Source: Scyliorhinus canicula
Taxonomy: Eukaryota
Direction: 5' to 3'
DNA: 64,000 bases
NCBI RefSeq assembly: GCF_902713615.1
Contig: NW_024055820.1
Location: 248,001 to 312,000, forward strand
The notes under the pieces were generated by a model, which saw only the letters and a program-made list of their open reading frames with translations, searched no databases and was not told the origin of the DNA. The position numbers and the translations under genes are program-made. Shown here piece by piece: positions 11,137 to 24,548 of this stretch; position 1 is the first letter of the stretch, and each line of letters begins with the position of its first letter.

Positions 11137-11436
11137 AAGAATAAAGAAAAGTACAGCACAGGAACAGGCCTGTCGGCCCTCCAATCCTGCGCCGACCATG
11201 CTGCCTGTCTAAACTAAAATCTTCTACACTTCCGGGGTCCGTATCCCTCTATTCCCATCCTATTCATGAAAAGTAATCGCATATTGTCACAAGTAAGCTT
11301 AAATGAAGTTACTGTGAAAAGCCCCGAGTCGCCACATTTCGGCGCCTGTTCGGGGAGACCGGTCCGGGAATTGAACCCTCGCTGCTGCCTTGTTCTGCAT
11401 TACAAGCCAGCTGTTTAGCCCAGTGTGCTAAACCAG
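11137..11436 (-). mobile_element. CR1/HER1-type 3' tail fragment plus SINE 3' fragment
   Basis: aagtacagcacaggaacaggcc.. tail and gtgaaaagccccgagtcgccac.. segment, both recurring across the window (15363-15712, 13432-13535, 63255-63432). Confidence 0.7.
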
Positions 11437-13728
11437 GGAAGTCGACGCAATGATGTTTGAACGTGGCCCCTCTGGTGCCGGATTGGTTTGATTCCTGTCA
11501 GAACCACAGAATCATAGAATGCGACCAATTTAACTGATTTAGGGTGTATTGAAATACACAAGACGACACGAATGCTCCGAGAAATCTACACTGGATCTGC
11601 TTAGAAATAGTTTTTGCTATTGTTGATGTTTATGTCAAAAAGTGATGCTAAATCGATTAAATCTTTGCTAGCCGTCACTATCCAAATCATGTGCACGGCA
11701 AAGGAGATATAGTGTTTGGGCTTTCGAGGGGCGTTTATGCAAAATATCAGAGAACTTTGCTTGTAAAAATGGAGGTAGAAGGAAGACTCAAATGTTGTGC
11801 CGAATAACATACCTTTTCGAGAGAGTAGACCATCTGTAATTGTTTCCATTAACAGCAGAAGCAATAAACAAATCATCCCGATTTAATAGAAAACGTGATA
11901 GAGAATGATGTATTTATTAATAATATGCTATCTGCTAATATATAGAGTACGACACACAAAATGATGAAAGAAGATTCAATAGCCAATTTCAAAAGATAAT
12001 TTCATAATCTGAAAAGGGAAGGCAGTATGGAATTTGTGGGGTGTGAAAGACGATTTGGATAGCATTTTCAAGTAGTCACAGATACGGCAAGCCGAATTCT
12101 CATTCCATTCCATAATGCTCCCTGATTTTTGGACCTTCATGCCTCTCTCACTATTCGTTCTCAGTCACTTGAGTAGTGAAAAGGTGCAGGATAGACGCAA
12201 AGTTCTGGAGATTCGACCGTTGTTATTTCCGCTCCAACAGTTGCAACTGCAGCTGACAACAGCCGCACAGTTTGACTAGTTTTGAGTCTGCGGTGTTCTC
12301 TTCCGTTTGCTGCTCTCGCTCTGAAATGATTGTGCTGTTGGAGATATTGCTGTACACGGCCCAGGAACTGGCATTGGATAGATCAGCAACGGAGTGGTCT
12401 GGCAATCTGTATTTCTGCTCTAGCTGATCACTGCCTCCATTGAAGAGGGGCTGATTCAGGAACGGTTATGAGGATACAATGGTTCCGATCCTCATCGTTA
12501 CCTTAATTCTCAGAAAATAGCTCCTTCACTTTAAAGCTCAATTCTCCCTTCTGTTCTGTTCTCCCAAATATCACTCATTCTACTTGTTTGCCCAACAATA
12601 ATTTTCTCAAACCTTTTGGGCAGTCCCCATTTCATTTCTATTTGTGTAATTTACCATATTGTTCTGTTCAGGTCCCTCATCTGCCTGCCTATTACGCTTC
12701 CTATTTAGGCTGTAGACAGTTAGCGTGTCCAATCAGAAGGTCTGAAGAAACTCTGGAATTGGCACCACAACAACATTGTTTTTTTTTCATCACCCCTTCC
12801 ACGTCATAGACTGACCCCACAAACATAATTTCTATCGCTTTGGCTTGAAAACACATCAACGGTCCTGTTAATAGCAGGGGAAGGAGCAACCGACTATTTG
12901 GTCTCAAGTCACGGCACTTAGATTTAAAAGCTGGACCTCATGTCTCAGATGCAACAGCGTTCCAACTATGCCAAACAAGAACAGTTACTCTCGACCTGCT
13001 GCTGCTAATCACAATGCCCATCTACCATTAATTGTAATATTTCCATGTTACCCATGGAAGAATGCAGCTGAATGCCATAAATTCCGTTAGAGAGGTACGC
13101 TTCTGATGAGGCAGAGACTGATGGACAGGGGCTGTCTGGGCCCTGCGCAGGAAGATGTTTTTAAGTTTACTTTGCTCACTGTCACCATCAGAACGAGGTC
13201 ATTGGCGCGGGGTGAAATCGAATTTTCTGCCACTCACGAGGGAAAAATATTAAATTGGTCTCTATGGAAACCTTCTCTGAGAATTGTTCTGGTCTTTTAC
13301 GGTAGATGATTCCTAAGGATTAAGAACGGGAAGAAATCCACAGCAGAGTATGGACACTTTAAAAGCAAACATGAAACTTACAGTAGAATTTTATTAACAT
13401 TGACGGTGAGCCGTCACACACGAAAATTTAAAAAATGAAATGAAAATCGCTTATTGTCACAAGTAGGCTTCAAATGAAGTTACTGTGAGAAGTCTCTAGT
13501 CGCTACACTCCGGCGCCTGTTCGGGGAGGCTGGCTCATTGAGAGTCCGTTTCTTCAATCGGACACTTTATACCTTGGCCATCAGTATCTCTGGTCAAAGC
13601 CGCTTCGTAAGGGAATGATCAAGCCCCGCTCAGAGCCTCCCTTTCTTGCTCTCATTCTCACCCACCTTTCCAGCCCTGTGTTAGTGGGGACATTGCTGCA
13701 GCTGCTACGGAATGGTAACCAGGCGTGA

Positions 13729-13766
13729 GGTTTTTGTACAGTGACTGCGCCTTTCCTCTCAGTGTG
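13729..13766 (-). promoter_or_regulatory. 23-type RSS with a 22-nt spacer
   Basis: CACACTG-22 nt-ACAAAAACC. Confidence 0.88.
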
Positions 13767-14055
13767 GGCTCTATCGCACAGTAATACACAGCGGCGTCCG
13801 CGCTCTCCGTGTCTTCAATCACCAATTGGCCCCGTTTATCCACAGTGGAAAGTTCCAATTCGAATCGGTTCTTTCTCTCTTTACCAGCCGTGAATCTGCT
13901 TATTATCCACTCCGGTCCCTGACCGGTTTTCTGTCTGTACCAATACATTCCGTTAAATCTGGACATGTCATAGCTGCAGTTTATTTGCACTGGATCTCCG
14001 CTCTGGGTTGTTGTCGCAATGGGAGATTGGGACACTTGGTCCGAGCCACACCGGC
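13767..14055 (-). CDS. TCR alpha/delta-type V exon (intact)
   Basis: ..DQVSQSPIATTTQSGDPVQINCSY..MYWYRQKTGQGPEWI..LVIEDTESADAAVYYCAIE; acceptor tttatag|GC. Confidence 0.93.
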
Positions 14056-14302
14056 CTATAAATTAAAGAGAAATTGGAGCAAGGTGAATATAAATACATT
14101 ATAGATGTTCGTGTGGAGTTTGCACATTCTCTCGGTGTTTGCGTGGGTTTCGCCCCCACTACCCAAAGATGTGCAGGGTAGATGGATTAGCCACGCTAAA
14201 TTGCCCCTGAATTGGAAAAAATAAATTGGATACGCTAAATTTATTTTTAAAATAATAAATACACGATATCCACATATTATTGAGTAAGTCCTCTGTACTT
14301 AC

Positions 14303-14360
14303 AGGTCAGCAGTACGAGAACGACAGGGATCAGCTGAATTTGCACCGTGTAATATATCAT
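14303..14360 (-). CDS. Leader exon of the V gene at 13767-14055
   Basis: MIYYTVQIQLIPVVLVLLT T|gtaagt; phase 1; the intron contains a SINE fragment (~14105-14240). Confidence 0.85.
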
Positions 14361-15149
14361 TTTTATTAAAATGTGAAAAGGAGAGGAGCAGAGCTCACAT
14401 CAGAAGAACTCAGAGCGTCTGCGCACAGCCGCCAGTCGGTTCGTGTTGCCGTCAGTAGTGAAGATTTCTGTCACGTGGTTTTGCCGCTATTTGATTGGCT
14501 GCAATTGGACTTTGTTCGCTCCACAAAACGACCTGGGCTGTTGATCGACCGCTGTCTTCTGCAGCTGGTCACATCTGAACTTATGAATTGTCTATAAAGC
14601 TGAAATTCTCTTTACTCCTGGTGGCGAGAAGTGTGGAGAAGGCAATATCGTTGTGAAAATGTTCCCGAAAGAGACACACTTGGGGTTTGGTGTTGTAACC
14701 AATTCAAACGCTGCATAGAGATTGTCTTAATCATTAAGACATTAATACTTAATGAATATAGTTCATATCTGACGTTAATATTCTATCTTTTTTAAAATCC
14801 TGTTGCAAAGATATATTTAAACATCTGGAACCATAAGATGTATTATAAATAGGCACAGTGTGAAACGGCTTCACCTGATGAAGGATCAGCACATTGGCAC
14901 CTTGCAGCGCAAGTTGTCACACTGCTGTGTATTATAGTTCTCCGGAAGGAGGCTGGCGAAGCTGCTTCAAAGCCCATGGGTAACAGGGACTGAACAAAAC
15001 TGTGCATGAAAATCTGCCCACATCGGTATTACTCACATTAGAAAAGGATGTGATCCCTGGAAATAAAGCAAATACTGGGAGGGGTCAGTTTGTCGTTTGC
15101 CCAGTTACCTCTTAAAGCATGCTCACTTTCATCGGCTGGTGCATTGAGT

Positions 15150-15712
15150 ATAAGAATTGGCAAGTCATGTTGAAGCTGTATAAAACCTTAGTTATGCCCC
15201 ACTTGGAATAAAGTGAAAAAATTCTATTCTGGACGCCACACTATCTGAAGGATGTGGGGGCTTTGGAGAGTATAGAAAAGTGGTTTACTGGGATGTTGCC
15301 TGGTATGGAGGGTATTCGTTATGAGCAGAGGTTGGATAAACTCTGTTTGTTCTCACTGGACCAATCAACAAAGAACAAAGAAAAGTACAGCACAAGAAAC
15401 TCCAAGCCTGCGCCGACTATGCTGCCCGTCTAAACTAAAATCTTCTACACTTCCGGGAACGATATCCATTCATTCCAATCCTACTCATGTATTTGTCAAG
15501 ATTCCCCTTAAATGTTACTATCGTCCCTGCTTCCACCACCTCCACCAGCAGCGAGTTCCAGGCACCCACTACCCTCTGTCTAAAAAACTTGTCTCGTACA
15601 TCTCCTCTAAACATTGCCCCTCGCACCTTAAACCAAAGCCCCCTAGTAATTGACCCCTCTTACCTGGTAAAAGGCCTCTGAATATACACTCTGTCTATGC
15701 CCCTCATAACTA
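15150..15712. mobile_element. Two CR1-type LINE 3' fragments in opposite orientation
   Basis: RT C-terminal-like segment (+, to ~15362) abutting an inverted 3' end ..[13 protein letters not shown].. with tail (-). Confidence 0.7.
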
Positions 15713-16043
15713 GTGTGGTGACCAGAATTGAACACTATCCTCCAAGTGTGGAATCAGGGAATCAGATGGAGCCATGAAGCATGGAAATCCAATGGACAGA
15801 AATAAGATGAGCTAAGAGGCCAGAGATGAACTTGTGAATAGAATTTATCTCTGAACAGGAGATGAAATTATGAAGGAATGTTTTTGTCTCAGTAAACAAG
15901 GCTTGTTCTGGTCGAGTACTCTGTTTTATGGCCCAAATAAGGAGGATCCTGTGACTCTAACTTTAGAGGCTGAATAGAAAGTAGCCCTCTTTATCATTGT
16001 GAAAACTAACCGGCACACTCATTTTTTAGAAATTCATTTACGG

Positions 16044-16818
16044 CAGTGGTTCTCAAACGGGGTCCACATGGACCCTGGGGGTCCATGTAACATTACTGGG
16101 GGTCCACACAAAAGAAATGCCGAATCGGAGTCCACGGTGATATTTTAGTGGTCCATAGAGCAATTCTACTTCAGAACAATTGTTATTACTGAGAAGTAAA
16201 TTTTTACAGTAATCTACGCCATATTAAAATACTAAAAGTAGAAATATTCATGTAGCTATGAATTTTTTATGGCAATCAAGTAGAAGAAAAAAACTTTACA
16301 TTTGACAGTGTCGTAAATTTAAAGTTACCTAGAACAAACGGAGGTGAAAATCACCCATCTTTTCTCAGGTAGCAGGCAGCGACCTTAGATGTTTGTTTTC
16401 ATGATGAATATTCACCTTTCTCTCTAGTGACCTACTCATGATGGATATACCAACTTGGGTGGCAATTCCTTTTGAAGTTAATGCTGCCGATGTAGACATA
16501 TCTTTACAGGAGACCCTCATTGAATTACAAAGTGATGAAATATTGCACGCAAAATTCAAAGATGGGAAGCATAATATATGGAAAACAAATGACACTGCTA
16601 AAAAGTACCCACTACTCTGGGATAAAGCACAGCTCTACGTTATAGCTTTTCCATCATCTTACCTTGTTGAATCAGAATTTAGTCGTGTTTTTCACTTATT
16701 AGCAAAAGCTCGTAAAAATATAAGAAGCTTTTTTTTCTGTGGAATGGCTATGGGGGTCCACAAAAAAAAAATTAAGAGGAAAAGGGATCCATGGGTTAAA
16801 AAAGGTTGAGGATCCTTG
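16044..16818 (+). mobile_element. Non-autonomous hAT (Buster/Charlie-type) deletion derivative
   Basis: TIR CAGTGGTTCTCAAAC and degenerate GGTTGAGGATCCTTG; perfect 8-bp TSD ATTTACGG on both sides (nnnTAnnn); subterminal GGGGTCCAC repeats; hAT dimerisation-domain remnant ..KYPLLWDKAQLYVIAFPSSYLVESEFS.. (16438-16740). Confidence 0.9.
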
Positions 16819-16826
16819 ATTTACGG

Positions 16827-19660
16827 GATGTGGGCGTCGCTGATTAGACCAGCATTTATTGCCCATCCGTAGTTGCCTCTGAGAAGGTGGTGGTGAGCTA
16901 CCTACTTGACAGGGAGCGAGTTCCAGGCTGTTGCCCCAGCGGCCGTGAGCGTGGCGAGTGACTTGGAGGGAAACCTCCATGTGTTGGGGTACCCAGGTAT
17001 CTGCTGACCTTGTCCTTCTAGGTAGCAGTGGTCGTAGGTTTGGAAGGTGTTTCCTGAGGCAACCTAGCGGATTCCTGCAGTGCATCTTGTAGATTGTACA
17101 CATGACTGCCACTGTTAATCGGTGATGGGGGAATTTAATGTTTGTGGACAGGGGTAACAATGAAGCGGGCTTCTTTGTACTGAACAGTGTCGAGCTTCTT
17201 GAGTGTTGTTAGAGCTGCACTTATCCAGGGAAGTGTGGAGTATTCCATTACACTCCTGACTTACATACTGTGCATGGTAGACAAACGTTGGGCAGTCAGG
17301 GGGTGAGTTACTCGCCTTAAAACGCCTGACCTTTGACCCGTTCTGCTAGCCACAGTATTAATATGACTGATCCAGTTCAATGTCTGATCAATGTAACCAC
17401 CAAAATGTTAATTGTGGGAATTGAGCGTTGGTAATACCATTGGATGTCATGGGACGATGGTTAAATCCTCTCTTGTAGGAGATGGTCATTGCCTGACATT
17501 TGTCTGGCGCGACTGTAATTCGCCATTGTCAGCCTCAAGTCTGGATATTGTCCAGGTCTTGCTGCATTTGGACATGGACTGCTTTATTATCTGTGGTTTT
17601 GCGAATGGTGCTGAACATTATGCAGTCATCTTCGAACAACCCCTAATTCTGACTTTACCATGGTAGGGAGGTCATTGATGAAGCAGCTGAAGATGGTTGG
17701 GCCGAGGACACTACACTGAGGAACTCCTGCTATGATGTTCAGGACCTGAGATGATTGACCTCCAACGCCACATCTAACTTCATTTGTTCAAGGCATGACT
17801 CCATCCAGTGGAGAGTTTCCTCCCTGATTTCGCTCAGGCTCCTGGATGCCATCCTCGGTAAAATGTTGCCTTGACTTCAAGGGAAGTCACTCTCACGTCA
17901 CCTATGGCATTTAGGTTTTTTGTCCATATTTTAATCAAGGTCAGGAGCTGAGTGACCCTGACGGACCCCAAGCTGAGCATCCGTGAACAGGTTATTGCTG
18001 ATTAAGTGCCGCTTGATAGCATTGTTGATTATTCCTTACACCACTTTGCTGATGATGGAGGGTAGATTGATAGGGTGGTGATTGGCTGGCTTGGATTTGT
18101 CCTGTTTCTTGTGCACAGGACACTCCTGGGCAATTTTCCACATTGTCAGGTAGATGCCAGTGTTATAACTGCATCAGACAGCTTGGCTAGGGGCGTGGAA
18201 CGTTTTGGAGCACAGTTTCATGATACCAAGTGGAGGGAATCGTATTGGCTGAAGACTTACATCTGTGATGCTGGGGACCTCCGGAGGAGACCGAGATGGA
18301 TCACCCACTCGGCACTTCTGGCTGAAGATTATTGTGAATCCCTCAGCCTTGTCTTTTGCACATATGTGCTGGGCCCCTCCATCATTGAGGATGGGGATAT
18401 TTGTGGAGCCTCCTCCTCCAGAGAGTTGTTTAACTGTCCACGACCATTCACGGCTGGATGTGGCAGGACAGCAGAGTTTAGATCTGATGCGTCTGTTGTG
18501 GAATCGCTGAGCTCTGTCTATTACTTGCTGCTTATGCTGTTTGGCACACAAGTAGTCCTGTGTTGTAGCTTCAACAGTTTGACACCTGATATCTGGTGTT
18601 GCTCTGGCATTCTTTCCTATACCCTTCATTGAACAGTGCTGATCTCCTGGCTTGATGGTAATGGTAGAGTGGGAGATATAGAATTAGTATAGAACAGTAC
18701 AGCACAAAACAGGCCCTTCGGCCCTCGATGTTGTGCCGAACAATGATCACCCTACTCAAACCCACGTATCCACCCTATACCCGTAACCCAACAACCCCCC
18801 CTTAACCTTACTTTTTAGGACACTACGGGCAAGTTATCATCGCCAATCCACCTAACCCGCACATCTTTGGACTGTGGGAGGAAACCGGAGCACCCGGAGG
18901 AAACCCACGCACACACGGGGAGGACGTGCAGACTCCGCACAGACAGTGACCCAGCCGTGAACCGAACCTGGGACCCTGGAGCTGTGAAGCATTTATGCTA
19001 ACCACCATGCTACCGTGCTGCCCCGTGCTGTAGGGCAATGAGGTTGCAGATTGTGGTTGAATACAATTCTGCTGCTGCTGATGGCTCACAGAGTCTCATG
19101 GATTCCCAGTCTTGGGTTGCGACATCTGTTCGAAGCCGATCCCATTTAACACGTGGTAGTGCCACAGAACACGATGGAGGGTATCCTAAATGTGAAGACG
19201 GTTATTTATCCCCACAATGACTGTGCATTCATCAATGTTACCATATTGGACGGATGCATGTGCAGCAGGCAGGGTGGTGAGGATTATGTCAAGTATGTTT
19301 TCCCTCTTGTTGGTTCCCTCAACACCTGCTGCAGTCCTGTCTAGCAGCTGTGTCCTTCAGGACCCGGCCAGTTCGGTCTTTGGTGGTACTATCGAGCCAC
19401 TCTTGGTGATAGCCATTGAAGTCCCGCCCCTCCCCAGAGTATATTCTGTGCCCTTGCCACCCTCAGTGCTTCCTCCAAGTGATGATCAACATGGAGGCGT
19501 CCTGGTTCGTCAGCTGATGATCTACGGTACATGTAAATCAACATGAGGTGTCCTTTCCCATGTTTAAACTGAAACCATAAGACTCCATGACATCCAGAGT
19601 CGATGTTCAGGACTTCCATAACAACTCCCTCGCTGTATACCACTATACGCCAGATCTACA
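16827..19660 (-). mobile_element. Degraded long CR1/L2-clade LINE (endonuclease to 3' UTR), interrupted by a SINE
   Basis: ORF2-like fragments (HGVLWFQFKHGKGHLML.., ..SREWSWTVKQL..IFSQKCRV..); related pieces recur at 19960-20570, 22520-23110, 49690-50960 and 60740-61420. Confidence 0.7.
18690..19024 (-). mobile_element. HE1-like tRNA-derived SINE (full length)
   Basis: tRNA-like head ..ggtagcatggtggttagc..ggttcg.., conserved body, and CR1/HER1-type tail ..gggcctgttttgtgctgtactgttcta. Confidence 0.85.
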
Positions 19661-21055
19661 GGATTCCCGTTATCCAAGTGGCTTGGTACATCTCCGAAGA
19701 CATCTAGCAAATTAGTCAAATACGCTTTACCCTTCATAAAACCATGCTGACTCTGATATATTGCGTTTTGACTCTTCAAATGTCTTGTTTTTACTCCCTT
19801 AACAATGTATTCTAACAATTTCCCAACGACAGATATTAAGCTAACTTGTCTATAGTTTTCTCCTTTCTGTAACCCACCTTTTTGAATATCTACGTTATAT
19901 CAGCATTTTTACAATCCACCAGAACCATTCCTGCATCCAGGGACTTTCGGTACATCATAAAAGTCCGAAGTGGGCATGGTCGCTGATGATTGCATTATTT
20001 TCAGACCATTCGAGACTCCTTCGACACTGAAAACGTCACGTGCAAATACAGAAAGACATAGACAATATCCATGCTTGGGTTCACAAATGGCAAGTAAATT
20101 TCGATTCATAAAATTGCCAGGCAATCACCATCTCAAATATAAGAGAAGCGAACCATCGCCCCATGATATTCAATGGCGCTACCAGCACTGAATTATCCAT
20201 TATCAACATCCTGGGTTTACCATAGACCAAAAGCTGAACTGCACTTGCTATTTAAATACTATTGCTATAGTGAATGCTCTGGCTAAAAGAGAAAACCAAA
20301 GGCTCGGACTCCAGCAGTTAGTAACCCTGATGTAAAACGAAGGCGAGGAGAAATTACTTCTCTCACAGGGTCGTTAATCTGTGGAATTCACAGTTTCTTC
20401 ACTGACTCTGGGTCAAATTCCCGGAAATCCCACCGTAAGAGCACAGTGGGTGTACATACACCACATGGACTGCAGCTGTTCAAGAACGCAGCCACCACCA
20501 CCTTCTCAAGGGCAATTATGGATGAGTAACAAATGTTGGCCTAGACAACAAAACTGACATCCTGGAAAAATCATTTTAAAAAACGATAAAAATCGTGTCT
20601 CCACAATTGTGATGATATTGAGTATTTGTCGGGGAACGGTATTTGCTTTCTAATTGGAAGTTGTCCCTTGCACTGTTCTAAGTTGGTTCTGTGCCTCTCT
20701 CCATTGTACACGGGGCAAGGTTGATGGTCACACATGGGTCATATCACTTTCATTGCATGTACAAGTCAAGAATTTAATAATTTATTTATTATTGTCAGTC
20801 CTCGGCAGTGGAGTACAATGAATAGCAAACTTTGAGATTGTAATAACATAAACTAATGTTTTCTGTCAAAGTGTTCACAGTATGAAGTTTGGCGGGGTGC
20901 GCACAACTCGCTCTGTATTGATATTGTGACAACAATTTGGAGAGTGTATGACACTGCTGGGTTAGCATTAAACTGTTTCAGTGACACTCTAAGGGATACT
21001 GAGTTGGACAAAAATAAATTGAGTTGTGATGCGGGAAACACTTCAAGTGTGCTTT

Positions 21056-21957
21056 TCATCTTTTAATTGATTTTACAAACACTGCGATGGGATATTTCAC
21101 CACAAGCATCAACTGCTCTCTGAATCTCGTCTGCGTCACAGCATAAATACAAGTGTTTGTGCAGCAACTAAGGAGCTGCAGCATGAAGCCCATTTCCAGA
21201 ACAAAGTCAGGAAATCGTACAGATTCATATCCCAGAACCCACATTCGCCACCATATAGAGTAAACCATAAACATTGTCCATAAGAGCATGAAATTCGCCG
21301 AGATAACAAATAGCAAAATGATGGATTTCCTTCGGCTTTCCATCTCTGGGTCTCTCATACTCTCTCCACTGCTGTGATTCCGGAGTCTCCGCCGGGCTCT
21401 GCTGGACACTAATACGTGTCTGATGGTTAAACTGTTGAGAAACAATATCAGAATAAACGGGACACACGGGGTAACGATATTATGAAGAAATTCGATTGTG
21501 GCCCAGAATTGAGACTCCATAACACCGCTTCTCACCTCACAAAACCAAGGGAAATTGATAAGCCAATATCTTGGTGATAGCATGTAATACCAGAAAACAT
21601 TCTTTAAGCAACTCAGCACGGTCACTGTACCCAGGACAACAAGTGTGATTTTCACAGTGCAATATTTATCTTTCCATTTCTGGCAACAAATGGCTACAAA
21701 TCTATCAAACGTGAAACTGACAGTGAACCAGACCGAGCAGTCTGTGGTTGCATAAAGCACAACGGCGTGAATATTACACACATGAATGTCATACACAAAA
21801 GAAAACTGTTTCCAATAAAGAACAGGAATGTGCCTCAATATCAGGTCAATGATAACGACCAGTAGATCCGCTGCTGCCATGGCCACCAGATAGTAAGTGA
21901 CACATTTAGAGAGACCACATTTACCACGACACAGGATCACAATTGTTACCAAGTTAA
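21056..21957 (-). CDS. Exon 2 of a class A orphan GPCR (GPR139/GPR142-like, elasmobranch type)
   Basis: Open 7TM-type exon: NLVTIVILCRGKCGLSK..YLVAMAAADLL..TFDRFVAICC..FMLLW..SCCTNTCIY; acceptor ttccatacag|TT; with exon 1 it gives a 332-aa ORF. Confidence 0.9.
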
Positions 21958-23905
21958 CTGTATGGAAGAGAAAAAGAACAGAACATTACAAATCACGCAT
22001 TTTTATTCTTTCACAGGGTTTGGGCGCCGACGACTTATTCAGCATTAGTGTTCATCCCTAATTGCCCTTGTGAAGGTGGCGACGAATTACCTCATTGAAC
22101 TGTTACAGTCTCTGTGGTGTAATTACACCCAAAATGCTATTATCAATTCCACTGAGCAATTCCTAAAGTTTGTAAACGTGCAATTCGATGGAGTGATGAA
22201 TGGAAATTAACAGAACAATAATTGTCTTCTTTTCGCTGACACTGCGGCATACAATTTTCTCAAAACAGCCGTAAAACAGAAATGATCTTTTGGGATAAAA
22301 TACCAAATTGTTGGCTTTCTGCTTTCTCAAACAGCTATCAATTGGATTGCTTATTGAAATTAAAATTAAGAAAACTCATTATTTTGTAACTGGGTGTGAT
22401 ACCTAATGTCAGCTGATTACACACATTTTCTATCGGAACGTTTCGAGATTGCTAATGGTATGGATACATTTCGCTGAAATCTAGAAACCATTTCAATGAA
22501 AGTAACAAAGTTCACGTAGTTTTTAAAACATCCAGGGGCTTGGAAATTTGCAACGAGTAACTCAGCTCTTGACGCTCAAAGCCTGTCCACTGACAACAAG
22601 GCACATGTCAGAAATGGGATTGCATACTCCCCAATAACCTCGATGATTGCAGCTCCAACATCACTGAAGAAACTTTACACCACCAGGTCAAAGCTGCACG
22701 CTTGATTGGCACCCCTTCATAAGCACCCATTCACTCCAGCACCGCCGCATACTAGCAGCAGTGTGTACCATCTCCAGCATACTCTGCACGACTCACCAAG
22801 GCTCCTGTGGCAGCAGCTTTCAAACCCACGGCTACGACCATCTAGAAAGTCAACGGCAACAGATATGTGGGAACACGGCCACCTGAAGGTTCCCCTTCAA
22901 GTCACTCACCATCTTGACTTGCAAATGTATTTCAGTTCCTTCACTGTAGCTGGGTCAAAGTCCTGGAACTCCCTCCCTAATCGCAGAGTGAGAATACCTG
23001 CATCACGTGCACTGCAGCGTTTCAAGAAGCAGCTCAACACGAGATTCTGATGGACAATTAGAGATGGGCAACACATACTGGCCTAGTCAGCGAAGCCTCA
23101 CATCCAATAAAAATAATTTTGAAACTTCATGAGTTTCCTAACTTGGAGACTCAGGCAGAATGCCAAAGTTCTCTATAAATCATATAATGGCATGCTAACC
23201 AGATACAAGCATTCAGTGAGGAAGACACAAAACATTTAAGCACTAAAATAATTGGGAGATCCCTTCAGCAGCTGCCAGGAAATTCAATTATTTCAAATAA
23301 CACTTGGAAGTACGTAAATTGAAAAGTCAAAGAAAAATAATCCACTTAACTGTGGGTGATAATTCAAGATTATTACAACATTAAAACATATAGAAAAATG
23401 AATCGCGATTTGAGTTTGAAGGTTGAAAAAGGAATTTGCGATGTGTCATACTGAACCATACAGCTATTAGAGCGTGATTTTCCAACAACTACATGTAATC
23501 TATTAGCCCGGAGTGTTTTCTCAAATTCGGGACACATATTTATATTTATCCAAATAGAGTTCCGATTTCTAAATGGTTGACGCTCCAAGCATACTTTAAT
23601 CTAAAACCGAAAAACATGTAGCAGTAAGAACGTACCATTCATTGTTCTCATTTCAACAAATTGTTTCCAGAGCAATAATTAAACAAACGGCAATTGATAC
23701 AAAGGGAAACCAGTGCGAAAAATGGCAGCAGTGTATAGATCGACTTCTTAAAAAAGCCGAGAACAGCAATGATGTGATAGATTATACATGGAATTGATAG
23801 TTGTACCTGCGAGAAACACGAATCAATAAGGAGATAATAATCGTCAAAAATATTAATAGAGTTAAGCATAGCTTATCGAATTAATAGCTGAATAGAGAGA
23901 CTCAC

Positions 23906-24002
23906 TTGGAACACCAATAACAGCCAGGGTGGGATAGAGCACCTCCTGAAATTCAATGAGAAAATTTGTTATCTGCCCGTTTAGTGAAAGACTCTTTGCC
24001 AT
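23906..24002 (-). CDS. Coding exon 1 of the GPR139-like GPCR
   Basis: MAKSLSLNGQITNFLIEFQEVLYPTLAVIGVP A|gtgagt; phase 1 joins exon 2 in frame (..GVP-I-NLVT..). Confidence 0.85.
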
Positions 24003-24244
24003 TTTCAGCCTCTCTGTCGAGTGTTCGATCCCTGTTCGTGCCGGAGGTGATGCCCTCACCCACATTGTGGAATGACACATCGCAAGTTTTCCTTATTAAT
24101 AGAGAAGGAAAACCCTCTGTGGACACAAGCGTGGTCTATCGAGACCGACTTTAGTACAGTCACTGAACAAACATTGTCTATTAACCATACTGAAGCCAAC
24201 AGCATTATTTTTACTTTATGTGGAATTAAGCTCTATTATTTCAT

Positions 24245-24548
24245 AGAATTTACAGTGCAGAGAAAGGTCATTCGGCCCATCGCGTCTGCACCGGCTCTTG
24301 GAAAGAGCACCCTGCTTAAGCCCACACCTACACCCTGTCCCCGTAACGCAGTAACCCTATCTAACTAAGGGCAATTTAGCATGGCCAATCCACCTAACCA
24401 GCACAACTTTGGACTGTGGGAAGAAACCGGAGCACACAGAGGAAACCCACGTAGACACGGGGAGACTCCGCACAGACAGTTACCCAAACAGGAATCGAAC
24501 CTGGGATCCTGGCGCTGTGAAGCTAACCACTATGCTACCCTGCTGCCC
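24245..24548 (-). mobile_element. HE1-like SINE
   Basis: Same body as 18690-19024. Confidence 0.8.

Noticed and set aside
12223-12430. Possible V or C relic (..LYFCSS.., ..WIDQQ..)
   Set aside because: The motifs are in different frames with no RSS or consistent Ig-domain spacing.
14854-14895. Isolated CACAGTG heptamers (also ~62425, ~62548, ~50060)
   Set aside because: No nonamer at 12- or 23-nt spacing; no D or J segments supported in the window.
18823-19089. Recurrent ORFs such as MVVSINASQLQGPRFDSRLGHCLCGV.. (also 28202, 48647, 62049)
   Set aside because: Translations of HE1-like SINE bodies, not genes.
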